From Sphagnum compactum (taxonomy: Eukaryota), in contig OZ234493.1 of the NCBI GenBank assembly GCA_965153455.1, forward strand, positions 30,060,213 through 30,124,212: a DNA stretch of 64,000 nucleotides. Direction: 5' to 3'. Numbering within the stretch: position 1 is the first letter of the stretch; every line of letters starts with the position of its first letter. The notes under the pieces were generated by a model that was given only the letters and a program-made list of their open reading frames with translations, was not told the origin of the DNA and made no database searches. Below are positions 14,316 through 24,557 of this stretch, one piece after another. Made by a program: the position numbers and the translations under genes.

Positions 14316-14658
14316 TTGAGAGAGATCCAAGCATCTGAAGTTTCAAGTGCAGATCTGGTTTTTTGGTCATATCTCCTTTGTGTAAGCTTTTTTGGGTCTG
14401 TAACTTTGTGATCTTATAGATCATATAGGAATATATGTGTGAGAGAAATTTCATGTCATTTGGACTTGTATTGAGAGAGATCCAAGCATCTGAAGTTTCA
14501 AGTGCAGATCTGGTTTTTTGGTCATATCTCCTTTGTTTAAGTTTCTTTCGGTCTGTAACTTTGTGATCTTATAGATCATATAAGAATATATGTGTGAGAG
14601 AAATTTCATGTCATTTGGACTTGTATTGAGAGAGATCCAAGCATCTGAAGTTTCAAGT
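14316..14658 (+). repeat. 155-bp direct repeats in the retrotransposon 5' leader (2 full copies and 1 partial)
   Basis: TTGAGAGAGATCCAAGCATCTGAAGTTTCAAGT starts at 14316, 14471 and 14626. Confidence 0.92.
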
Positions 14659-14696
14659 TTGAAGATTGAAAGCGCAAAAGTGTGAGAATTACCACC

Positions 14697-15671
14697 ATGG
14701 ACAACTCAGAATCCAACATCGATCTCACTCAAATCCTCGCCGCCCTTCAACACCTTCAACAAGAAAATGCCGTGCTTAGAGACTCGGTGACCCGCCTACA
14801 GAATCAGCCACCACCTCCTGCCCCAGTACTTCCTGCTCTTGCAATGGCCGCCCAAGAACCCAAGATCAGTCTGCCAGAAAAGTTTGATGGAACGCGCCTC
14901 AAATTTCGAGGCTTTGTCAGCCAGGTACGCCTGATCATGCAACTACACCCCCGTCGTTATTTTGATAACACCACTCGTGTAGGATTCGTTGGAACCCTAC
15001 TCACTGGGACAGCTGCAGCATGGTTTGCTCCCATCCTGGAAACATCATCCCCTCTTCTACAAGATTTCAACGCCTTTATGGCGGAATTTGAAGCAGTATT
15101 TGGGGACAGTGATAAGGCCAGGACTTCAGCCAACAAGCTGCGTCGCCTCCAGCAAGGGACACGTTCGGCCATCGTCTACGCTTCAGAATTCAGGCAGCTT
15201 GCCTGTGACGTCAATTGGGGAGAAGCTGCCTTGATTGATCAGTTTCGCTGTGGGCTTCGTGATGATGTTCAAGATCTTTTGTTGACACTCGCAGACCCTT
15301 CTTCCTTCAGTGAAGCCATCACCCAGGCAATTCGGTGCGATAATCGTCTGTTCGAACGTCGCCAGGAAAAGAAAGTCACCTCCAACGCCCAGCTTTGGAA
15401 CAGTCGGCCTATTACGCTCCCCTTAGTTCCCCAAACAACACCAGTTGCCCGACCTGCCTCTTTTGGACCTGCTCCGATGCAGATCGACACAGCTAAGTTT
15501 AAATCTTTGACAGAAGCCGAGAAACTTCGCCGAAGGACAAACAATCTATGTCTTTACTGTGGCAACCCAGGGCATATAGCTCGTCAATGCCCTCAAAAGC
15601 TTGTCAAACTTCAGGTACAAGCTGTGGAAACTCCCCAGGAGTTGGAAAACAAGAACATCCAGTCACAGTAG
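14697..15671 (+). CDS. gag: Retrotransposon Gag (PEG10/sushi-like capsid with a CCHC zinc knuckle)
   Basis: ATG in ACCACCATGG context. Motifs PEKFDG, LTGTAAAW, LQQGTRSAIVYASEF, PMQID and CLYCGNPGHIARQC. Uninterrupted ORF. Confidence 0.93.
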   Translation: MDNSESNIDLTQILAALQHLQQENAVLRDSVTRLQNQPPPPAPVLPALAMAAQEPKISLPEKFDGTRLKFRGFVSQVRLIMQLHPRRYFDNTTRVGFVGTLLTGTAAAWFAPILETSSPLLQDFNAFMAEFEAVFGDSDKARTSANKLRRLQQGTRSAIVYASEFRQLACDVNWGEAALIDQFRCGLRDDVQDLLLTLADPSSFSEAITQAIRCDNRLFERRQEKKVTSNAQLWNSRPITLPLVPQTTPVARPASFGPAPMQIDTAKFKSLTEAEKLRRRTNNLCLYCGNPGHIARQCPQKLVKLQVQAVETPQELENKNIQSQ

Positions 15672-18600
15672 GAGCCGTGCGACTGGATCTCACCCAACAC
15701 CACCTTTGCAAAGGCTCCTGTTCCGCTGTTGGTCCCAGTCCCAGTTTCACTCAGTATGTGGACATCATTCGTATTCCAGAAGACATACCACAAGTGTCAG
15801 CTTTGGTGGACTCCGGCGCCACCTCTTCTTTCATCGACCAAACATTTGTCATCCAACACAACATCCCTGTGGTCAAGAAGTCAACCCCTGTTCTGGTAGA
15901 GGTTATTGATGGGAGAACCATTGCTTCTGGTGCAATCACACACGAGACAACCCCTCTAGAACTCTGTATCGGCAAGCACACGGAGAAGATTGTTCTCAAC
16001 ATCATTTCCACCCCTCACCATCCCATCATCCTTGGTCTGCCTTGGCTAGAAGCACACAACCCTATCATTGATTGGCGATCTAGAACCCTCACCTTCAGCG
16101 CACAACGATGCACCTCTCAAGAACCCCACGCTCAGAAAAACAGTTTGTCCAGTCCTGCCAAGAACCCTATGGTCGAGAACCCAAAGAGGGTCGGAACCAA
16201 TTCCAGTTTTATCAAGTCTGTTATGTCAAATCCTGCAGTCAAGAACCCCCGATTGGTCAGAACGAAACCTTGTCCTGTCAAGAATCTTGTCAAGAATTCT
16301 GCCCAAAAAACCAACCATGTCCAGATCTTCGTTGATAGAGCTGTCCCTTTCTATCGGGCTGCTAAGAATCTTCAAGTCTTCGCCATCCATGTCAACCCAG
16401 CCAACACCACAAACCCCCAATCGGAACCAACACCTGTCAAACTTCCCAAGAAGTACAAGGACTTTGTTGATGTTTTTGAAAAGATTAATGCTGATCAGCT
16501 CCCCGCCATAGTCCATATGACTGCCCGATTGATCTAGAAGAAGGACAGTCACCACCCTTTGGTCCTATCTATGGCCTATCGGAACCGGAACTCCAAGCCC
16601 TGCGTGATTACCTTACTGAAAATCTTGCCAAGGGGTTCATTCAGCATTCCAAGTCTCCAGCCGGCGCCCCAATTTTGTTTGTCAAGAAGAAGGATGGCTC
16701 CCTTCGACTTTGTGTGGATTATCGTGGACTCAACAAGATAACCAAAAAGAATCGATATCCTTTGCCCTTGATTTCAGGTCTCCTAGATCGACTACGTACC
16801 GGGAAGATCTTCACCAAGCTTGACCTCCGTGGAGCCTACAACTTACTCAGGATTCGCCCTGGTGATGAATGGAAGACAGCTTTCCGCACACGCTATGGCC
16901 ACTTCGAATACACGGTCATGCCCTTCGGCCTCACCAATGCACCCGCAATCTTTCAGCATCTGATGAATGATATCTTCCGGGATTACATGGACGAATTTGT
17001 CGTGGTCTATTTGGATGACATTTTAATCTTTTCCAAGGACCAGGAAACCCACGACAAACATGTACGATTGGTGCTTGCGACGCTGCGGGAGCATGGCTTA
17101 TACGCCAAGTTGGAAAAATGTGAATTCGACAAATCTTCAGTGGCGTTCCTTAGCTACGTGATCTCTCCAGATGGCATTTTCATGGACAAGTCAAAGGTCG
17201 AGACCATCCAGTGTTGGGCTACTCCATCCTCGGTCAAGGACGTTCAACGCTTCCTAAGGTTTGCCAACTTCTATCGTCGGTTTATCAAAGGCTATTCCAA
17301 GATCACAACACCGTTAATAACCCTGACTTGCAAAGACAAGCCCTTCTCGTGGAATCCAACGGCCCAGGTTGCTTTTGATACTCTCAAGATGGCATTCACC
17401 TCTGCACCCATCCTGATACATCCCGATCCTACCAAGCCATTAATTGTGAAAACAGACGCTTCAGATTTTGCCTTGGGAGCTATTCTATCTCAATTTGGAA
17501 TAGATGGGTTGCTGCATCCAGTTGCTTTCTATTCACGGAAGTTAACCAGTGCCGAAATCAACTACCAGGTCTACGATAAGGAACTCCTGGCAATCATCAC
17601 GGCATTCGAGCAGTGGAGACCGTATCTTGCCGGAGCTCAACATCGAGTCCAAGTTCTGACAGATCACAAGAATCTCCTTTATTTCACAACTACTCGGACC
17701 TTAAATCGTCGCCAGGCACGCTGGTCTATCTTCCTAGCTGATTTCGACTTTGAGATTCAGTATCAACCCGGCACCCAGCAAGGGAAAGCTGACGCGCTAT
17801 CTCGTCGTTCAGAATATGAACTTCGAGCGGGGGATGAGGCTTACGGCCAGCAGAACCAGACTTTACTCAACCCCAAGCAATTTCGAGTTGCAGCAACAAT
17901 CAGCACCCTCCCAGACTCATACCTTGTCAGGGACATCAAGATAGCAACTGAGGAAGACACCTGGGCTACCAACATCAAGAAGGAACTCCAGGAACGACCA
18001 AGGAACCCAAATCGTGATGACTTGGATCAATTTGAGCAGCAAGACGGACTTCTCCTTCGAAATAACCTGATTTATGTACCCGAAGGACTTATACGCCTAA
18101 AAATCCTGAGGGAATGCCACGACAACACCCTGGCAAGTCACTTTGGAATGGCACGGACTCACGAACTAGTGTCAAGGACTTACTGGTGGCCCAAAATGAA
18201 CAAGATGCTACGGGAGTATGTCAAGTCTTGTGATACATGTGCTCGATCCAAGGCTCCCAGGCATCGCCCGTTTGGACTCCTACAGCCTCTGTCGATTCCT
18301 AGCCGACCTTGGGGATCTATTGCAATGGACTTCATCACGGACCTCCCTACTGTCAGAACCAAGAATTCAATACTGGTTGTGGTCGATCGACTCACCAAAA
18401 TGGCCCATTTCACCCCTTGTTCCAAGTCAATCACGGCAGAAGAGACAGCTCAGTTAATTCTGGACGGGATCGTCCGACTGCATGGACTCCCCGAAGAAAT
18501 TGTGTCCAACAGAGGTCCTCAGTTTGCATCCAAGTTCTGGCATCGTCTATTCGAGCTTCTTGGAGTTGACATTCGGCTATCTTTAGCTTTCCACCCTGAG

Positions 18601-19401
18601 ACAAATGGACAAACTGAACGGACAAACCAGACACTCGAGCAATACCTTCGCTGCACTGTGAACTACCAACAGGACGACTGGCTGGACCTACTATCTCAAG
18701 CAGAGTTTGTTTATAATAACACAACACATGCATCGACCGGGATCAGTCCATTCTTTGCCAATTACGGTTTTCATCCCAGGTTCAGCCTTGAAATTCCTGG
18801 AGACTTCGTAAACCCCTCGGCTGAAGAAAGGGCCACGAGGCTTGGACAGGTTCAACAGAACCTTATGGCAGAACTCAAGCTAACACAGGAGTGACAAAAG
18901 AAGCAAGCAGACCGCCGACGCAAGGACCATCCAAACTTCAAGGTTGGAGACAAGGTCTGGCTTCTCAGAAAGAACATTGCTACCACTCGCCCATGTGCCA
19001 AGTTGGATTACAAGCGCCTCCGACCTTTCAAAATCGCCAAATTGGTTGGTCTAGTGGCTTGCCAGTTGGAGCTTCCACCCCAGTTCAAAATCCACAATGT
19101 TTTCCATGTCTCCCTGCTTGAACCCTATCATGAAAACCCGATCCCAGAACGTCATCAAGAACCCCCAGCTCTAGTCGAAATTGAAGGCCAAGAAGAGTTT
19201 GAAGTTCAGGAGGTCTTGGACTCCAAGAAGATTCGTGGAAAGCTCCTGTACCTTGTCTTTTGGCGAGGTTATCCTCCTTCTGAAGCTACTTGGGAGCCTG
19301 CTGGAAACCTAGTTCATGCCCAAGACTTAGTTAATCGGTTTCACCAACGATATCCTAACAAACCGGCTCCATCTAGAAGATGTCCCTTGAGGAGAGGATA
19401 A
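15644..19401 (+). pseudogene. pol: Retrotransposon Pol (protease, RT, RNase H, integrase, chromodomain) with a frameshift and a nonsense codon
   Basis: Motifs ALVDSGAT (PR), LRLCVDYRGLN and VYLDDILIF (RT), TDASDFALG (RH), H-H-C-C zinc finger, IAMDFITDLP (IN), and EFEVQEVLD...YLVFWRGYPPSEATWEP (chromodomain). A 1-nt deletion lies near 16501-16507 and an in-frame TGA at 18892. Confidence 0.93.
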
Positions 19402-19668
19402 TGTCATGGCCTAGGATATTTTGGGATACTTTTGGCAATGTCATGTCCTAGGATATTTTGGGATACTTTTGGCAATATCATGGCCTAGGATATTTTGGGA
19501 TACTTTTGGCAATATCATGGCCTAGGATATTTTGGGACTAGTATGGCTCAGGGTTATAAAAGGAGATAGTCTAGGGAACAACCCTTTAGCAGATCAACAC
19601 CAGTTGATGGATCAATAAAGCTTGTCTTGTCTTGTAATTCTCCACTTGTTTGTAGTCGGTCCATAACA
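19402..19668 (+). repeat. 3' LTR
   Basis: 265/267 identical to the 5' LTR and followed by the TSD TACCC. Confidence 0.97.
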
Positions 19669-20514
19669 TACCCATCTTGATGTGGTACTGTTGGGAACCA
19701 CTTCACTGAAATCCAAAAAAAGGTGGACCTAGTCTAATTTAATTAAAGAAATTTAATGTTTTTAAATTTTCATTTTTATTGTTGATTTGCATCGTGTGGG
19801 TTTTTTGTTCCCCACCTATGTGTACACACTATGGAAAAATGGTTGACACTTACATAAGTTACACAATTTTGTGTTAAGAAATTTGTGTTCCTAAAATGTT
19901 CATGACATCATGTGTTCTTGAAATTTTTGACCCCTTATCATTAAGTGTCAAGTTGCACCATTGTGTGTGTGTGTGTGTGTGTGTACTATAATATTTAGGG
20001 TATGGCCCCAATTGTTGATTGAAATAAAAAAATGGGAATTACTACAAATTTGTAGAAATGAATGTAATGGTCCTTCAAAACCAAGCCTATTTTTAACCTT
20101 CAGAAATTGCTCAAAAATATATGATTGCTTCAATCCATTATTTATTAATCAAATAAAAAAGAGGACCATATTAGTCCCTATTGGAATTTTAAAGCCTTAA
20201 AAAAACTGAAAAAACGTATTCCTTTTGTGTTCATGAACAAAAGAACCTAAAGTGTTACTTTCTTGAAAAAAATTCCTTGAGCACTCATTTGGAATATTAA
20301 AATTTATGTTTTTGATATCTAGTTAAATTTAAAATTCCACATGACTTGGGTAATCTTTTGATATAAAATTTCAAGCAAAAAAATTTCTTTAAATGAGTCT
20401 AATCATGTTGTCCTGAAATTAAACGGGTTTAAGAAATTTGGGTTGTGACATTGCTAATGGTGTCACCCAAGGATGGGTTTGCCTTAATCTAACCTTTCGT
20501 TTTTGCCTTTATAT

Positions 20515-21360
20515 ATTTGCTAATAAAATTATCATTTTTTCAAAAGCTTTACAATTCAAGGAATTAGTTATAATAATTTTTTATAACAAAAAAATATTCC
20601 ATGATTACAAAAATGCCACCTCATTTGACATGGCAAATTTCCCAAATTATTGTTAATTAACTAATTTGGGCTTGTTGCTCTATTTGTGTTTTTGAACCAA
20701 TCTAAAGGTCATTGGTTGTTAAGTAATGCATTATTTTTTTCATATCCATGAGTGGGAAATTCAAAGATGAAATTGAAATTACAACTTCCTTTGATAACTT
20801 AATAAATGAAAATGCAAATGTTGTTATTGAATTAACATGTTTTGTTGCCAACATCAAAAATGAAATTGTTGGGGTTTTGGATTTTTTTTTCTCCCTTTTT
20901 AAGGATATATGGAAGAAAAACTCATAATATGTTTTCCTTCTTCATGTTGAACCTTAGATTTAAGAGTATTCATCTAATGTCCTCACTTATTGATTGTGAG
21001 TAAGGGAAGGTTATTATTGAGGAATATGATACATAGTCCTTATATTTTATGCTTCTAAAATTTCATCATCAATTGCACCCCTTGACTAAATTTGAAAATG
21101 GAATTGTTGACCAAGGAGTTGATGAAAATTACAACTTGGAAACTTTTGACATGATAGTTAGCACCAATGAAGTAGCAAAGGAACTTATGAATATAGAAAA
21201 TAATTTTCAAGTAGTGTCAAGTTGATGTCAAAAACATCAAATGTTTTCTTCAATGGTGGGAAAAATATGAAACTATGTTTTCTACAATTGGATTCCTTGC
21301 CCATCAAATATTGGGTATTATTGAATCACAAATTGAATTAGAAAAACATTATAGTTAGAA
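20515..21360 (+). pseudogene. Decayed hAT transposase, 3' part including the dimerisation domain
   Basis: FANKIIIFSKALQFKE, VLNQSKGHWLLS, and DVKNIKCFLQWWEKYETMFSTIGFLAHQILGIIESQIE (hAT C-terminal pattern). Confidence 0.75.
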
Positions 21361-22321
21361 TACTTATTAATATAAGGATATATTTTTTTCTATTAAATAA
21401 TGTAAACAAATTGATTTTTGTGAACAAAAACTATTAAAATGATCATGGTCCCCCTTTTGTTTGGTAAAGTTCATTGAGATCAATGTAAATTTAATAGAGG
21501 AATTTAAGCCTTTGACCAAATTATGGTCACTTTGCCAAATTTTGGTTAATTCAGTCCAAATTAGTTTACTTTTACATTTCCTCTCTAACGGTTTTGGCAA
21601 AAACATCTTTAGTTCACCAAACATTTCCACATCTTCAATTCCCAAAATAAACCTCGCTTGCTTGGTGATTGGCATTCTCTTCAGCTCGTGTTGGAAACAA
21701 ATTATTAGAGTCTTCAGTCTTGTATCCACCAATACCATGTTTTGTTGTAATTTTTTTATTGAACATTGTATAGCGCTTTCGCGTAATGGATTCAAACTAG
21801 AATTATATTTGGGAAATAATTGAGTAAAGCTCATTCGCCCAATTCCATTGATGTTACAAGTTCATTACATTTCACTTATAGCTTTTAATTTATTCACATA
21901 TTGAATTAAACCAAAGGCAATGGAACATTTATTATGAATGCAAATTAGTCTAGCTAAAATGTTTTATAAGATATGATAATAAAGTTGTCATTAGTGTAAA
22001 TGAACAAGTCCATTAAACTACAATTAATATAAAGATTAAATTTTCTAATCTCTTAAAAAATGATAGTGAAGTGATCCCCAATAATGTGGCTTGGTTTCTT
22101 TCTTGTATGTAGTTTATAAATATTTGGTTTTATTTTATACATGCATGTGTTTTCTATGTGGCAATTGAACTATGATGTTTTAAATAAAAATTTTGACTAC
22201 TTTTGAGATGAAAAATTTATGTACATTTGGGAAAGCCCATACTACTAGTCCATAAATTAGAATAACAATTCAATGGCACTTGTGTATTTCATTTTTACAA
22301 CCTTTTAGAAAAACACACACC

Positions 22322-22960
22322 AGAATTCAATTTTTAAACACAAGATCTTTATCACTTCATTTTGAAAATATTGAAACAAATCACAATTTGCAAACATCTC
22401 ATATTTTATGATTAAATGAGACAAGGGTCAAAATGCAACATTATACTTCACATCCACATGCAAACCATGCAAAATATACATCAATTGAAATTTTTGGAAG
22501 CCAAGGAACTATGTTATTATATGATAGAACTATTATATTTGATTCAAGTGAATCCATTACAAATTTTGGAACAAAATTATAGTTGGCACTTTTAAACAAA
22601 ACACTCATCGAGCAATTCACATCATTCCAATTTATAAGCCGCCATTTTTGTCATTAACGACATTTTTGTTCACCCTTCAATAACTTATATCAAAATTTTC
22701 CACCACTTTTCTCACAATTATTTTAGGTGATTTTAATGTTGATGTCATCAAAAAACAAACTTCATAAGCAACCCATTTATTTCAATTTATGAATGTGAAT
22801 AAAATGAAACTTCAATTTCAACAAAGTACCACAATATATGGTTCACAACTAAATCATATTTGACTAAATGTTCCGTGTGAACAATGCATATCAAGAACAA
22901 TTGAGGCCTTTTGGACAGATCACAAAACTATTGATTTTGCATTCAAATTACCTAACCATG
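22322..22960 (+). pseudogene. Decayed APE/EEP endonuclease domain, Helentron-like
   Basis: Motifs in the expected order: QFLNTRSLSLH, HIL*LNET, IPIYKPP, LGDFNVD, STTIYGSQLNHI, WTDHK. Confidence 0.62.
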
Positions 22961-23596
22961 TAACACGATTTCATTCTCCATGACGATTTTGCATCAATAT
23001 ATCATGAAAGGCAAAGCCATTACGCGATGAGCTACTTGTTTATTCCACTCTAATAAAACGTCACTATAGAGTTGTAATAAAGTTTTGCCATAGAGGCATA
23101 AACAAATATATACATTGGAAAAAACTCTCTTACCATTTTATTTGCATATTAGGTAAATCCCTTTCATGAAAGAATTGCCAAGATGAAGACTCCCTTCGGT
23201 CCATGCCTTGAATGAGCCTTTATTTTGATAATTCCCTCATTTGTAAACTTTACCTTACACAAAACACCAATGAAGTGGTATTCTTAATTTTGAAGGAATA
23301 AAAATGATAAAACAATTATCTCTTCCCATTGGCTTATGGAAGGCTCACCAATAAATTGCAAATAAATAGACATATAGTGAAACTCAACCTAAAACTCAAA
23401 AACCTACTAATAGGCAAATAACATTAAATTAAAAAATAAACCAAGTAAGCTCATGATCATGGTTACAAATGGAGCATAGTTTAGGAAAGCAAATTATATC
23501 ATTTTCTTGACCACAATATATAACAGTAAGGTTGGGGGTGGCAGATTATGGTATTTTCTTGGCCACATGATATGGCATAATCTTTCAATGATCTTA

Positions 23597-23883
23597 GGCA
23601 CCATTCAGACTTGGTGTGAAGAGAAAATGTTAAAAACCTTTAACAACGATCTAGCCATTGCAAAAACCTTCTAAAATCTAAGTTTTAGCCTAGATTTAAT
23701 GTTAATTAACATTCTTCCCTAACATCACTTTAACAACAATGCCACATAGACTTCCACATAAGTGCCATGTCATCATCATGTCACCCTCAATGCTAACTAA
23801 CATTGCATGTATGAATGCACCAAATTTTGAAAAAATCTTAACATTGACTTACCATTGAGCTACCACCAGGTCTGAATGGTGCC
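23597..23883. mobile_element. MITE, PIF/Harbinger-like
   Basis: TIR GGCACCATTCAGACTTGGTG versus CACCAGGTCTGAATGGTGCC (19/20). Flanks are TTA and TTC, an imperfect 3-bp TSD. Confidence 0.75.
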
Positions 23884-24289
23884 TTCGTTAGTAAGTAGAT
23901 CATCTAATGTAATGGTGATCAAAATGTATTTGTTGAATACGAGATTTTTTTATAAAAAATTGTTGAATTGGCCACCCCAGAACTTAATCTCCTGGAATGA
24001 CCTCGCCCTTGCTCATTATGTTGGGTATGTCACTTAACGCACCCTAAAGGGCTCGCTAGCACCTTATCAAACACAATGGACCAGGGCTTAACCATTCAAT
24101 GGTAGAAAACGGATGGAAATACTTGAAGAAGAGGATGGAAATCATTCAACCATTTTTACAAGCTTCATGTCCTAAGTTCTCTTCTCTCATCCACTTGGGA
24201 TGATGAAAAAAAAAGACTTGGTGCACTTTGCACATTGTTGGACCCATAAGCGTGGAACCATCCCTAAATGACAGCAACTCTTTCTTTTA

Positions 24290-24297
24290 CACGTGGC
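24290..24297 (+). promoter_or_regulatory. ABRE/G-box motif upstream of the membrane protein gene
   Basis: CACGTGGC about 270 bp upstream of ATG 24558. Motif match only. Confidence 0.35.
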
Positions 24298-24557
24298 AAG
24301 GAATCAGCTGCCAGGTGGCTCCTTGTCATCCCTCTTTCCCAGAGACCAACGCCCGTGCGCCTGTTTGCATAACTAGACACAAACACAGTCTCTCTCCAAC
24401 AATAACAACATCAAATTTCTTCATCAAATTTCTTCTTCTGTTTGTACCCAGAACAAAATTTCGGTAGTTTGGGTAAATTTTCGTAGTTGGGGTTGTTCTG
24501 AAGATCAAGATTCAAGGTCACTCACCACTGCTTTGTAATTTGGAGAGGAAGAGAACA

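Larger units (their letters stand above)
13908..19668 (+). mobile_element. Full-length Ty3/gypsy chromovirus LTR retrotransposon (Tf1/sushi/Tcn1-like), recently inserted, pol disabled
   Basis: 267-bp LTRs at 13908-14174 and 19402-19668 (TG...CA, 2 mismatches). 5-bp TSD TACCC at 13903-13907 and 19669-19673. PPT GAGGAGAGGATAA before the 3' LTR. Domain order gag-PR-RT-RH-IN-chromodomain. Confidence 0.97.

Noticed and set aside
15669-15671. Stop-codon readthrough of the gag TAG
   Set aside because: The protease motif lies in the -1 frame, so frameshifting explains the junction and readthrough does not.
16495-16540. Second programmed frameshift between PR and RT
   Set aside because: There is no slippery heptamer and the break falls inside the conserved LPxHxPYD motif. 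A 1-nt deletion or sequencing error is more likely.
21367-21834. 155-aa minus-strand ORF overlapping a 120-aa plus-strand ORF
   Set aside because: No recognisable motif, and it lies among TE debris. It cannot be supported without a homology search.
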